Numbered from the stretch's first letter, positions 1 to 10,252 are shown. The stretch is 64,000 nucleotides of DNA from a virus (IMGVR_UViG_3300039208_000529:48443-112442), one strand, 5' to 3'. The notes: generated by a model not told the origin, from the letters alone. Translations and numbers: made by a program.

Positions 1-1
1 A

Positions 2-184
2 CAATATATGCAAAATGTCAAGGATACATTATTAGACAAAGATATTGAAGATGAGGTTTCTAAAGAATTGCGTCGTAGAGCAGAGAAAGTCATCAAGAAT
101 CAAGATGAAAAGGAAAAAAAGAAAGCTCCGGTTAGAAAGAAAAAAGTAACTAAAAAGGTTATGGCCAGGAAAAAGAAATCATGA
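2..184 (+). CDS. 3' end of hypothetical protein with Lys-rich C-terminus (partial)
   Basis: Open frame from window start (...DEVSKELRRRAEKV...KKVMARKKKS*); its TGA overlaps the next ATG (ATGA). Confidence 0.7.
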   Translation, partial: QYMQNVKDTLLDKDIEDEVSKELRRRAEKVIKNQDEKEKKKAPVRKKKVTKKVMARKKKS

Positions 185-825
185 CTTGGAAACTTCAATT
201 AATTCGTCCAGAAGCAACAATTAAAAAGTCAATTAATGTAAATTGGCAAGAAACCATGATTGATATTGTTCCTTGGATTGAAACCAAATTGTTTCCAGCT
301 ATGGTACATGGAGGGTTAGGAATTAAAGGAATTGCTGATACGCCATTTTATAAATTTATTACCAGCCCAGAAGGATTAAGTCAGTTAGGTATTGAAAAAG
401 ATCAGCCGCCAAAACTTCTTGAAGCATATAAAACTAAAGCGTTTAAAGTTATTCAGCGTGGGAGGTCTATAAGAATACAATTTGGTGATGTGGCTCAGCT
501 TAAGCTAGCTACTCCTCATCCCGCGTCAGGTACTGGTTTTTTACAAATTAAATCCTGGTTAGAATGGATCGTTGATGCCAAGACAGTTGGTAGCGGCTTT
601 GTGCCGAGAAATCGAATTCCAGGCAATGCTAAAAAGAAGATTAGACTTGGCTCTCCTCTTGGTGGCCTCATGCTTCGTAGAGGAGTTTTTGGAAGTAGTG
701 GTTTGTGGAGATTCCCATCTAGTTTATTAAATTATGAGGATGATTGGTTTAAAGAAAATATAAAAGCTATTCAAGACGCTATCACTAAAAGAATAACAGA
801 GGTTTTTGTTAATAAATTACGATGA
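181..825 (+). CDS. hypothetical protein upstream of tape measure (possible tail completion/assembly)
   Basis: 214-aa ORF coupled by ATGA overlaps on both sides; function inferred from position only. Confidence 0.6.
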   Translation: MTWKLQLIRPEATIKKSINVNWQETMIDIVPWIETKLFPAMVHGGLGIKGIADTPFYKFITSPEGLSQLGIEKDQPPKLLEAYKTKAFKVIQRGRSIRIQFGDVAQLKLATPHPASGTGFLQIKSWLEWIVDAKTVGSGFVPRNRIPGNAKKKIRLGSPLGGLMLRRGVFGSSGLWRFPSSLLNYEDDWFKENIKAIQDAITKRITEVFVNKLR

Positions 826-3800
826 ACAAGATTCAGTTAGATGCCGTTCTTAGATTAGTTGATGTAAAAATTAATCCGAGAGTGTTCCAGCAAATTAGTA
901 GATCTGTGGCAGGTATGCCCGCCGGTCTTCAGGCTACTACAAAGGGAATAGCTGCTGCGAATACTCAGGCGACTGGATTAAATAGAACTCTTAAGCAAAC
1001 CGCCACACAACTTTCCACTAGTGAACGAGCGGCCAGATTATTCTTGCAGCGTATGGCACAATTTGCCGTTCTATTGCCAGCATTCGCAACCTTGAATAGA
1101 TCGTTGCAGGGCGGCGTTAAGTTTCTCTTTGAATTCGATAAAGAGCTGCGTAATATTGTTCGTATTAATATCGAAGGACTTATTGATCGTCTTGATGAGA
1201 TTGGTGATAGAGCACTTACGATTGGTAAAAACTTTGGTCAAAGTGCTACTGAAGTAGCAGCTTCTATTAGATTGTTTGCACAGGCGGGTTTTGAGATTGA
1301 GCAAGCATTTCGCCTTACTGAGGCTGCTACGCTGGCAACCAAGACGAGCACGCTTGACTTAGCCAATTCTCAGGAACTTTTGGTTGCTATTATTAAACAG
1401 TTTGATGTTGAGGCCCAGGGAGCTGAAGCCGCATTAGACAAGTTTGTGCGAGTTGAAGACCTGGCTGCTGCTGGTGCCCAAGATCTGGCCGAGGCTCTTA
1501 GAACTGGTGGTAACGCTCTTGCATTCGCTAGCAAGAGTCTGGATGATACCATTGGTCTTATTGCAGCTCTTCGTGAACAGTCTCGAAAATCTGGAAGAGA
1601 AATTGGTACGTTCTTCAAAACTTTATCAACTAGATTGCTGGCTGCTGGTGAGGCTCGTAATGCTGTTGAAGCTCTTGGTGTTCAAGTTGAAAATGCTGAT
1701 GGTTCTTTAAGACCGCTACTAGCAATTTTGAACGATCTGAAAACTGCATTTGATGGTTTGACTGAAGCTCAAGCCGCCAACGCCGCCAAGGCAATTGGTG
1801 GTATTCGACAGTTTGAATCTCTCTTGGCTACGTTGAACTCGCTTGAGAGAGCTAATGAGCTTTCTGCTGGAGCATCTGATTCCTTAGGAACACAACAGGA
1901 AAAGTTGGCTGTTGTTTCTCAAAGTCTCGACTTTCAGTTACAGCAACTTATTGCTTCTGGTCAAGAGTTAGCTAAATCGCTAGGTGATGCTGGTTTGGTT
2001 GATACTCTTAGTGATGCTTTAAAGTTAGTTAACTTGCTCTTTAGTGCGTTTACTAGAACACTTGAAGCAGTAAAAGATATTGGTGTAAATATTACTCCGT
2101 TGCTTGCTATCGGTGGATTGACGCTTGGTCGGAGCATCTTTGGTGGTCGAGGAGGTCCAGGTGGTGGAGCAGCTCAAGGTGGTCCTTCTCCACAGATTGC
2201 TGCCGCAACATCGCAGTTTCCAAAGTTTACTGATGCACTTAGAAAAGCAACACTTAATAGTGGACGCAGCTTTGATGTATTAAACAGAGAGTTGGTAATG
2301 TCGGCACGTATACTTGGATTAAATAGTCGTGCTTTGAATACGAACACTGCCGCTATTAGTACAACAACTAGAAGATCTAGATTACTTGCAAATGCGTTCG
2401 CACAGACTACTAAAGCAGTTAAAACTGCTGGTGCTGCCGTTGCGAAACCACTTGAGAATGCTGGTGTGCGTATTGTTGCTTTGACTGCCGCAGCTACTAC
2501 AGCTGCCGCTGTTTTAGATGGTACCGCTGGCCAGGTCGCTCAGGCAGGCTTACAATTTGCATTTTTTGGTGCGAAGGCTGGGCTGGCAGCAGCTGGTCTT
2601 GAAGCCTTTAGACAGATTTTGAAAACCCTTGAGACGGAGCGTCAAGGAGAGAGAGAAATCAGAGCCCTTGAGCGTCGTGAATCTAGTATTGCTGCGGTTG
2701 CCGGTCAGGTAGCAATTGATGAGCAAAGTACATCGAGGTTAGCGTTTGCCCTGAGTGAAGCATTTCAAAACGCTCAAGGTCGACAGGGAGAGATTGCTTT
2801 CCAGACTATAGGTCGTCGATTCCTTGAAGGTGAAGCATTGGCAACAAGGGGAGCCTCAGTTCAGGCATTGCGTGACGTTAATCCGTTTGAAGTTATTACT
2901 AGACCTGGAGTAATTCAGTCATTAAGTAATTTAAACAACACTTTCTTTAGTAATATTGAGGCCGTTAACGAGTTGCGGGCTTCTTTTGATGATGCTGGTG
3001 ATAGTACGTTAAGTACAGGGCAACAGCTTAAATTACTGCGAGCTGCATTTGGAGAAGTACAAGAAGAGATTAATGAGACTACTGGTACCTTACAAAGATC
3101 GTTAATTGCAACGTTCGCAGAATTTAAAAAGCGAGAAGAGATAATTGGTCTTGGCAAGAGTATCTTTGATCTTAATGAAACGATAGATCGTGCCAGACTG
3201 GCTCCGGAAAAGTTAGCTGACGGTATTGATATTTTACGTCAAGAACTTGAAAAAGCTGAACTTGACTCCGTGTTTGATTTGGACGCTATCAATAGACAGA
3301 GAGATGCACTTGTTAGATTGTCCGAAGGTATTAATCCTTCTCGTGCTCGTGAACTGTCTGCTGAAATTAGAAATCTTTTAGGAAAAGGTCTTGATGCCGC
3401 TGTTGATGGTGGTGCAGCAACTGCTGGTGAGAAATTTCAGGAATTGATCTTTAATCTACTTCCTGAAGAGGCGGCTTTTGCTCAGCAAGTTGCTAAGCTT
3501 GAAGTTGAAGCTAGAAAGATCGAAGAAAACAGATTTGCTGCTCGTCAGAAACTAGAGGAAGAGTTAAACTCTAGAACAAAGAAATTGTTAGAGGATGAAA
3601 AACAGGCCGCCGAAGAAGCTGCTTTGGCCACAGATAAGTTCAAGATTGCTCTTGAACAAATCGGAGTAGGTTTTGGTGCGGCCGATTTAGATCAGTTGAT
3701 AAATTTGAGTCAAGAAGATTTGAGAAATATTATTTCTGGAGACTTGGATATCGGCGGAGCTTTAGGTGATGTTATTAAATCTGCATTTGGTGATGAAGTT

Positions 3801-5948
3801 CTTAAGGCTCAAGGCGAGTTGTCTGCCGCACAGTTAGAGACAGAACTGACTACTAGACAACTTGCTGCTCAGTTATCTGAACTTGATGATGAAATTGAGA
3901 AGTTAGGTAAAACTGAAGCCGGTACCGAAGACGACCTGAAAAAAAGACAATTGCAAATTGAACGAAATGCTGCCGCTTCCCAATTAGAGCAAGCAGCTCG
4001 CGAAGGAGCTTTGAAGCAAGCCGAAGCTACACTTGGATTATTACAAGCTGAGCAAAGAGAGGCTGATAAAGCAGCTGAGGCTGAGCGTCGTAGATTGCAG
4101 GCTTTAGAAGATCTCAATGCTGCTACAAATGACTTTGAAAATCAATTAAGAGATGCCAAGATGGCATTTGAAGATTTTGAAGCAGCTAGATTACAAGAGC
4201 TATTTCAAGAAGAAGCAAATGCTCAAGCTGAATTAAAACAAACTCAACAGGAAGTTTTAAGTAGCACAGAACAGTTAGACGAAGCTTACAAAAATCTAAA
4301 TAGAGCTATATTGGATTTTAATGGTGCAGTTGCAGAAGCTCAAATTAAATCTAATTTACTATCTAGAGATATTGGAGTATTGACTGGTGCTATATCTACA
4401 TTTCAGGGTAGACTAGGTAGTCTTGAAAGTTCTTTTAATAGCGTACTTCAGGATGCAAATATTACTCTTGAACAGAGAATTGCATTAGAGAGACAGCTTG
4501 CTGAAGAAACGTTGTCCTTCTTAGAACAGGCTCAGAATGAAATTGTCAGTGCTGGGTTATCTATCTTTGGTCAAACTGGAGCTGAAAATAGACAACTTCA
4601 AGAAGGGATTGCAGGACTAAACTTTGTTGCTCAGCAGCTTGGTGGTACATTTGAGAATTTCTTAGGTTTAAGTGCTACTGACTTACAGAATGTTGGACAG
4701 CAGCTATTGTCTCTACCAGTGGATTTTAGACAAAGTATTCTTGATGCTCTTTCGTTTTTGCCGAGTACAGTTAGTATTGGCGGATTTAGTGTTGATCAGT
4801 TGGAAACTGTATTAGGTCAAGTTGGAGCCGGTGTAGCTCCTGATGAAGGGTTGCCGTCAATTGAAGAACTTACTAATGAACAAGTTGAACAACTTAAGAC
4901 CTTGCAAGGATTAGCTTCTCAGGATGCTCAATTGCAGATTTCTCAGGTTATCGCTGCACAAGAGCAATTAGATGTTTCCAGAGAACAATTAGAGGCTGCT
5001 AAAATTTTAGAAGCTAGAGCAATTGAAAATCTTCAAGAGGTTAGAGCTGGCGTTGCTGAACAAGTATCTATTCTGAATGAAGCGAATATACTAAACTCAG
5101 AGTTGACAGACAAAGTTATAGCAGCTGGTGATGCTACTGCGTTGAGGCAGATTGAGAAAGAAGCACAATTATTTGCAGATCAAAATAATGTCTTTAGGGA
5201 TGTAGGTAAATTTATTGTAGATGGAATTTCGTCTACTATAGGTTCTAGACTGTCATTGATTGAAGCTACTGCTGCTGTTGGTTCTGCGGCGGCCGGATAT
5301 GTTCCAAATATGGCTGGAGGTAATTTAACTCCTAGCGAAGCTGCTGCACTTTTGAGAGCGGGGGCTCGCGAGAAAAAAGCTATGCCCGGTGGTGCTGGTC
5401 TTGCTGTTGCGAACACTAGCGAAGCGATTATTCCGATGCGTAATCGTGGATTTATTCCTAACTTCCAAGAAGGTAATTTAGATATTGCTGCTGGTATTCA
5501 AGCCATTAAAGGAATTAATGAAACAGTTGTCGCTGCGATTGCTCGGTCGGTTACGCAGACTCTAACTGATTTACAGCGATCTGATAATAACATACCAGAA
5601 TTGGATGAAGTTACAGCAGTGTTGTCAGATATTAGAGGAGTTTTGAACGATATCTCAGAAAGCAACACTGTCATTCAAACGAACACATCGTCTGATGCTG
5701 GAGAAACAACTACTACTCCTACGGCTGGGTCTACCGAAAGAGTTAATATTACTTTGCAGACTAACCAGAATAATACAGTAACAGTGACTGGTCTTGAGAG
5801 TTTAAGAGAACAGTTAAGGGATGCTGTTAGAGAGAATACATTAGCACAAGTAGATGAACAGATCGAGCCATTGTTAGCTGAGCTGGATGCGATTTTCCAA
5901 GTTCTTAGAGAGAGAGGTTTGTTGACGAGCTTCGGTCAACCAGGATAA
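822..5948 (+). CDS. phage tail tape measure protein
   Basis: 1708 aa, Ala/Leu/Glu/Gln-rich and helical; TP901-like core (AQDLAEALRTGGNA...TIGLIAALREQSRKSGREIGTFFKT, LGVQVENADGSLRPL); hydrophobic mid-region; followed by tail genes. Confidence 0.9.
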   Translation: MNKIQLDAVLRLVDVKINPRVFQQISRSVAGMPAGLQATTKGIAAANTQATGLNRTLKQTATQLSTSERAARLFLQRMAQFAVLLPAFATLNRSLQGGVKFLFEFDKELRNIVRINIEGLIDRLDEIGDRALTIGKNFGQSATEVAASIRLFAQAGFEIEQAFRLTEAATLATKTSTLDLANSQELLVAIIKQFDVEAQGAEAALDKFVRVEDLAAAGAQDLAEALRTGGNALAFASKSLDDTIGLIAALREQSRKSGREIGTFFKTLSTRLLAAGEARNAVEALGVQVENADGSLRPLLAILNDLKTAFDGLTEAQAANAAKAIGGIRQFESLLATLNSLERANELSAGASDSLGTQQEKLAVVSQSLDFQLQQLIASGQELAKSLGDAGLVDTLSDALKLVNLLFSAFTRTLEAVKDIGVNITPLLAIGGLTLGRSIFGGRGGPGGGAAQGGPSPQIAAATSQFPKFTDALRKATLNSGRSFDVLNRELVMSARILGLNSRALNTNTAAISTTTRRSRLLANAFAQTTKAVKTAGAAVAKPLENAGVRIVALTAAATTAAAVLDGTAGQVAQAGLQFAFFGAKAGLAAAGLEAFRQILKTLETERQGEREIRALERRESSIAAVAGQVAIDEQSTSRLAFALSEAFQNAQGRQGEIAFQTIGRRFLEGEALATRGASVQALRDVNPFEVITRPGVIQSLSNLNNTFFSNIEAVNELRASFDDAGDSTLSTGQQLKLLRAAFGEVQEEINETTGTLQRSLIATFAEFKKREEIIGLGKSIFDLNETIDRARLAPEKLADGIDILRQELEKAELDSVFDLDAINRQRDALVRLSEGINPSRARELSAEIRNLLGKGLDAAVDGGAATAGEKFQELIFNLLPEEAAFAQQVAKLEVEARKIEENRFAARQKLEEELNSRTKKLLEDEKQAAEEAALATDKFKIALEQIGVGFGAADLDQLINLSQEDLRNIISGDLDIGGALGDVIKSAFGDEVLKAQGELSAAQLETELTTRQLAAQLSELDDEIEKLGKTEAGTEDDLKKRQLQIERNAAASQLEQAAREGALKQAEATLGLLQAEQREADKAAEAERRRLQALEDLNAATNDFENQLRDAKMAFEDFEAARLQELFQEEANAQAELKQTQQEVLSSTEQLDEAYKNLNRAILDFNGAVAEAQIKSNLLSRDIGVLTGAISTFQGRLGSLESSFNSVLQDANITLEQRIALERQLAEETLSFLEQAQNEIVSAGLSIFGQTGAENRQLQEGIAGLNFVAQQLGGTFENFLGLSATDLQNVGQQLLSLPVDFRQSILDALSFLPSTVSIGGFSVDQLETVLGQVGAGVAPDEGLPSIEELTNEQVEQLKTLQGLASQDAQLQISQVIAAQEQLDVSREQLEAAKILEARAIENLQEVRAGVAEQVSILNEANILNSELTDKVIAAGDATALRQIEKEAQLFADQNNVFRDVGKFIVDGISSTIGSRLSLIEATAAVGSAAAGYVPNMAGGNLTPSEAAALLRAGAREKKAMPGGAGLAVANTSEAIIPMRNRGFIPNFQEGNLDIAAGIQAIKGINETVVAAIARSVTQTLTDLQRSDNNIPELDEVTAVLSDIRGVLNDISESNTVIQTNTSSDAGETTTTPTAGSTERVNITLQTNQNNTVTVTGLESLREQLRDAVRENTLAQVDEQIEPLLAELDAIFQVLRERGLLTSFGQPG

Positions 5949-5952
5949 TTAA

Positions 5953-7458
5953 ATGAATATTTTATCTTCAGTTACTAATCCGCCCCTATCAGCAGTTAAG
6001 GTACTTTATAATAATTGTCGTTTAGTACCTGGACCGCTTATTGATTGGACCGTTGAATCTCAGTTTGATGACGCCGGAGTAAGAACAAGCGATAAAAATA
6101 GGCTAACGCTAACTGGAACTGTTCTTATTACTCCTTCTGGTAGTTATGAGCAGATGTATACTAAGCAAGAGGAACTTCGTTCTGCGTTTAGTGTTGACAA
6201 TAAAGATTTAGTGATTTTAGCTGGCCCAGGTAACAAAACTCTAGCAGAAGATGCAGTTATCTGTTCTGGTCTAACGCCGAAAGTTATTTCGTTAAATATT
6301 GCACCAGATATTCATGTTACTAGGTTTGATTATACTATTGAACTTGAAGATCTTGTTGCCGCTTCTGGTGTTAGTGGAGTTACTTCTAGTCTTAGTAACC
6401 AGTGGTCTTTCTCGGAAAACCCAGACAGTTGTACACTTGAGGTAACTCATACGGTAAGTGCTACTGGGCCAGATCGTGAATCTGATAAATTTGATCAGGC
6501 ACTAAGAGCAGTAAAACCTCTTCTTGGAATAGACCAACTTCCTATTCAGATACCGTGTTTTGTTGAGCCGAATGCTTCTGGATTGTTTAATATAACTCAT
6601 CCATCTAATGCAGCAGGCGGACCGATATTTGAAGTATCTATGCAACGCGAAGAGGTTGCTGATGTAGCAAATGGTACATATTCTGTCACTGAAGTATTTA
6701 CTATTGTTAGTGGAGTTCCATTTTATTTTACTTCTAGAACAGAAGCATTTGATGAAGACCAGGCTGGAATAGCAACAGTAACAATTGCTGGGACTGTACA
6801 GGGTCTTGGAAGAACATTGTCTCCAAGCTTTGGTGCCGTTGGTGGAGTGGGTTTTGACAGAGCCTGTTCGGGTTTTATTAATCACGTCAAGCCTCAGTTG
6901 CCAGCTGACGCTTCCGGAGTATATCAAAAATATAAACAAACTATTGGCAGCGGACTAAATGTTAATAATCCAACTAGTTTCTCTATCTCACAAAACAAAT
7001 GTAGAGGTACCGTTGGTTTTTCTGTCACTTACAGCGATGATTTGGCAGCGAACCTTCCGAGTGGTATTTCCACTAGAACATGTGCAGTTAATATCAGTGA
7101 AGGTATAAGAGTTTTTGCTAGCCACCCAATTCCATTTAGAAGACTGGGACCAATCGTTCAAGATATTAAAACTACTAGCGAAGGATCTATTTCCATTCAA
7201 TGCCAAGTTCAGGCCAAAAATACCGGAGATAATGTTGCTGACACAAATAGAGCAATTGCTTTCTTAGAAGAAGAGATTAATAGACTTAAAGCTCAACATG
7301 CAAATCCTGCTAATTTTATTGATATCAGAATTTCTGGAATCGAACAGAGCATTGATGACATTGCGTTGACTAGTTCTGCTACAGCAAACTTCATCTTTAC
7401 GGTTGATATCGCCAATGTTCAGAGCGTTAGTTCGGATATTAGTTTGAGAACGCTATGA
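5953..7458 (+). CDS. putative tail tip/distal tail structural protein
   Basis: 501 aa, beta-rich Ser/Thr/Gly composition, directly after the tape measure. Confidence 0.55.
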   Translation: MNILSSVTNPPLSAVKVLYNNCRLVPGPLIDWTVESQFDDAGVRTSDKNRLTLTGTVLITPSGSYEQMYTKQEELRSAFSVDNKDLVILAGPGNKTLAEDAVICSGLTPKVISLNIAPDIHVTRFDYTIELEDLVAASGVSGVTSSLSNQWSFSENPDSCTLEVTHTVSATGPDRESDKFDQALRAVKPLLGIDQLPIQIPCFVEPNASGLFNITHPSNAAGGPIFEVSMQREEVADVANGTYSVTEVFTIVSGVPFYFTSRTEAFDEDQAGIATVTIAGTVQGLGRTLSPSFGAVGGVGFDRACSGFINHVKPQLPADASGVYQKYKQTIGSGLNVNNPTSFSISQNKCRGTVGFSVTYSDDLAANLPSGISTRTCAVNISEGIRVFASHPIPFRRLGPIVQDIKTTSEGSISIQCQVQAKNTGDNVADTNRAIAFLEEEINRLKAQHANPANFIDIRISGIEQSIDDIALTSSATANFIFTVDIANVQSVSSDISLRTL

Positions 7459-8018
7459 GACCCATTTTTATAAGAATACCAAAGACCGGAAGCCTTAGCA
7501 TTCTTAATGCTATAGGAGATAATATATATATTTCTAAGCATCGTTCTGCAAAATGGGTGCAAGAACATTATAAAGAAGATTGGCGAAATAGATTCACTTT
7601 TTCTTTTGTCAGAAATCCGTGGGATGCATTTGTTTCTACTTATTTCTTTAGATTTAAAGAGTTCGCTGAAAAAGATAGTATGTATGATTTTAGAAGTCAA
7701 ATACGTCGCATGTTGAGAAGAAAACCTTTTAAAAAAGGAGTTCATAATAGATCTATAGATCAAGTTGAGTTTTTAGATCAGTTTGCATATATCTCGGACG
7801 AGAACGATGAAATTTGTGTAGATTTTGTAGGTCGGTTTGAAAACTTACAAGATGACGTTAATCATCTATGTAAAGAGCTTGATTTAGAAGAGGTTAGCTT
7901 GGGACACTTCAACAAGACCGATCATTTGGATTACAGATATTACTATGACGATGATTTAGCTGAATTAGTTGGCAAATGCAGCGAAGATCTTATTGATACT
8001 TTTGGATATGAGTTTTAA
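7455..8018 (+). CDS. sulfotransferase family 2 protein
   Basis: 5'-PSB-like FIRIPKTGSLS, 3'-PB-like FVRNPWDAFVS, C-terminal VDFVGRFENLQDD and YRYYY...D..GYEF motifs. Confidence 0.85.
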   Translation: MRPIFIRIPKTGSLSILNAIGDNIYISKHRSAKWVQEHYKEDWRNRFTFSFVRNPWDAFVSTYFFRFKEFAEKDSMYDFRSQIRRMLRRKPFKKGVHNRSIDQVEFLDQFAYISDENDEICVDFVGRFENLQDDVNHLCKELDLEEVSLGHFNKTDHLDYRYYYDDDLAELVGKCSEDLIDTFGYEF

Positions 8019-8020
8019 TT

Positions 8021-8581
8021 ATGGTTACTTTCCCAGTAGTAGAGTGGATACAACAAGATCCTACAGTTGACCCATCTGGTAGTAGACATCTAAAAAGTGG
8101 TGGTGCTGGCTTCGTTAAGTTACTCGGTACAGCCGCTGGTCAAGAATTAGATTTTGGGACTGTTAATATTACAGGATCTGGTGCCGTAAGTGATACGAGA
8201 CTTGTATATGCCCGCGTCGATAGTTTTGGAGACGCTAGTGGTGTGTTTAATATGAAATTTTTCCTAACGTCAACGTCAGCGTTCAATCTTGGTGTTTATA
8301 GATTTCTAGAAAGTAAACAATTACATTTTGTTCCTAGCTTGACGCTTGATCCTGCTGCACAAGATACATCAGTGGTTGTACCAGGGACCACTAACCTATT
8401 AGGAACAATTCAGTTTCCGCAGTTTCAATCCGGTGCCCCGTGGGTCAGTGGCGTACAAGATATTGATGTTACACAATACATCTATCTTGCTTTAGAACTT
8501 CAATCTGATGTGCCTGTTGGAACTTATGGTGGAGCAGGAGCTGGATCGTTTAGGTATAGATTATTATATGATTTTTCGTAA
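8021..8581 (+). CDS. putative virion structural protein (paralog of 9328..9969)
   Basis: Shares SG/G-x-RHL near the N-terminus and QYIYL..L....P.G..G..G.G.FR..L.Y.F at the C-terminus with 9328..9969. Confidence 0.55.
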   Translation: MVTFPVVEWIQQDPTVDPSGSRHLKSGGAGFVKLLGTAAGQELDFGTVNITGSGAVSDTRLVYARVDSFGDASGVFNMKFFLTSTSAFNLGVYRFLESKQLHFVPSLTLDPAAQDTSVVVPGTTNLLGTIQFPQFQSGAPWVSGVQDIDVTQYIYLALELQSDVPVGTYGGAGAGSFRYRLLYDFS

Positions 8582-9156
8582 TGAATTATGGACCTCAATA
8601 TAACGAAAGAGATGTTTTAGAGCGATTCTTTGAAAAGAAGACTGGCGGTTTGCTTGTTGAAGTAGGTGCTGCGGATGGCACCGACAACTCGCATACTGCG
8701 TTCCTGATAGACGAATATAATTGGACGGCTGTTCTTATTGAGCCACATCCACAGTATTTTCATGTTTTAAGCGAACATTATGCTTTGTGTGATAGAGTTT
8801 ATCTAGTAAACAAAGCTATACATAAAGAAGAAGGGTTGCACGACTTCTATTTGAGTGGACAAATTTCAAGACTAGATTATATAAAGTCTGCTCCTAAAGT
8901 ACGTGTTGATTGTGTTCGTCTTGATAATCTGTTGAAAAGCTTAAAAATAGATAGGATTGATTTTTTGTCAGTGGATGCTGAAGGAATGGATCTTGTTGTT
9001 TTAGACACTTTTGATTGGGATGAGTGGAGGCCGGCTTTGGTTTGTGTTGAACACAGTATGGGTCGTGATGAACTAAAAACTTATATGCACAAACATGATT
9101 ACAAATTTGTTGAAGATAATATAGGGAATTCGTTTTTTGCCGATGGACGAAATTAA
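8581..9156 (+). CDS. FkbM-family SAM methyltransferase
   Basis: LLVEVGAADG, LIEPHP and IDFLSVDAEGMD motifs. Confidence 0.85.
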   Translation: MNYGPQYNERDVLERFFEKKTGGLLVEVGAADGTDNSHTAFLIDEYNWTAVLIEPHPQYFHVLSEHYALCDRVYLVNKAIHKEEGLHDFYLSGQISRLDYIKSAPKVRVDCVRLDNLLKSLKIDRIDFLSVDAEGMDLVVLDTFDWDEWRPALVCVEHSMGRDELKTYMHKHDYKFVEDNIGNSFFADGRN

Positions 9157-9322
9157 GCTTGAAAAAATGGGACCAGAATTATCACAAGAACATCAGCTTC
9201 CTCGTGGAGTTAAAGCTATGGTTCTTGGAGATCAGATAATATTTGTTCGCAGTATAGCTGGACGACTGATGCCGGTTTCTGCGGAACAACAGAGATTATT
9301 GACTGAAGAATTTATTAAATAA
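9137..9322 (+). CDS. small hypothetical protein
   Basis: 61-aa ORF filling the gap between neighbours. Confidence 0.5.
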   Translation: MPMDEIKLEKMGPELSQEHQLPRGVKAMVLGDQIIFVRSIAGRLMPVSAEQQRLLTEEFIK

Positions 9323-9327
9323 TTAAA

Positions 9328-9969
9328 ATGGTATTTCCAGAAATTAGAGTGTTCCAATGGAATACGGATGAAATTGCAAGTCCTGTTGGAACTCGGCATC
9401 TTCCTGGCGGATCCTTTGCTTACAAACAAAGAGTTTCGCTTGGGTGTGGAGCATTTAATTCCAATAAACCTGGAACCACGTCTGGAGCTTTGTTATTTGA
9501 AGGCACAAGGTTTGACGTTGTAAATGGGGCCGCACCGTCCCATGACGAATCAATTGTTGCCGCAATTACTTTTAATCTCGCTAATAGTGGAGTTGGCGTT
9601 TCTGACTTAAGACTTTATCTTGTGGATGATACGGCTTTAGTTCAGCCCGCTACTGATCGTGGCATTGATCCTGCTTTTGTTCAAATAACTACCAGCGGCA
9701 CCTGGCTCGGTCCGCAGCCGATTCTACCATCTGGAGCAGGTACCCGCCTAACAAGATCTATTCCTTTTACAGCTAATGTTAGAAGACAAGATGGTCAAAT
9801 AGGACTTGTTGGACAAGACGACGTTAATTCGTCTCAGTTTGTTTATATGAATTTAATTTTACCGTTTGGGTTTCCTTTGGGTGACTTTGGGATTTGTGGA
9901 TCTGGTGCCCTTAGGTTTGGTTTAATTTTTAACTACTTTCCTAACGATCATATTTTACAGTTCGGTTAG
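9328..9969 (+). CDS. putative virion structural protein (paralog of 8021..8581)
   Basis: Motif similarity to 8021..8581; beta-rich composition. Confidence 0.55.
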   Translation: MVFPEIRVFQWNTDEIASPVGTRHLPGGSFAYKQRVSLGCGAFNSNKPGTTSGALLFEGTRFDVVNGAAPSHDESIVAAITFNLANSGVGVSDLRLYLVDDTALVQPATDRGIDPAFVQITTSGTWLGPQPILPSGAGTRLTRSIPFTANVRRQDGQIGLVGQDDVNSSQFVYMNLILPFGFPLGDFGICGSGALRFGLIFNYFPNDHILQFG

Positions 9970-9980
9970 TGTAATATATA
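9967..9980 (+). promoter_or_regulatory. candidate late promoter motif TAGTGTAATATA
   Basis: Similar motif TAGTGTATTATT at 20948; both open intergenic leaders ending in a strong SD. Confidence 0.4.
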
Positions 9981-10039
9981 ATTGAAGGGGAATGCAACCC
10001 TAGCCTATTAGAACGTTCGTAAAATAGGAGGAATAATAA

Positions 10040-10225
10040 ATGGCTACTTTTAATGCAACTTCAAGCACCAATAACGTAAACCAAGTTCTTTGGGGCTGGA
10101 GCACCACGCTTGAGTACCGTACGGATCGGGCCGTTACGGGTACTGCTTTGCATGGTCTTGTTCAGTCTGTCCAGAATCTTGGCGTTGGTGTTGCTGAAGG
10201 TGAGCCGTTCACGTTACTAACTTAA
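10040..10225 (+). CDS. small protein with strong RBS, probable virion component
   Basis: AGGAGG at 10026-10031, 8 nt before the ATG; followed by a terminator. Confidence 0.75.
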   Translation: MATFNATSSTNNVNQVLWGWSTTLEYRTDRAVTGTALHGLVQSVQNLGVGVAEGEPFTLLT

Positions 10226-10252
10226 TGTAAACGGGTTATCTTATAAAAACAG

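Noticed and set aside
113-175. A_AAA_AAG and G_AAA_AAG slippery heptamers upstream of the tape measure (tail chaperone G/GT-type -1 frameshift)
   Set aside because: The canonical site at 115-121 hits a TAG at 133 in the -1 frame. The later sites are imperfect and expected in a Lys-rich tail, and ORF 181 has its own coupled ATG.
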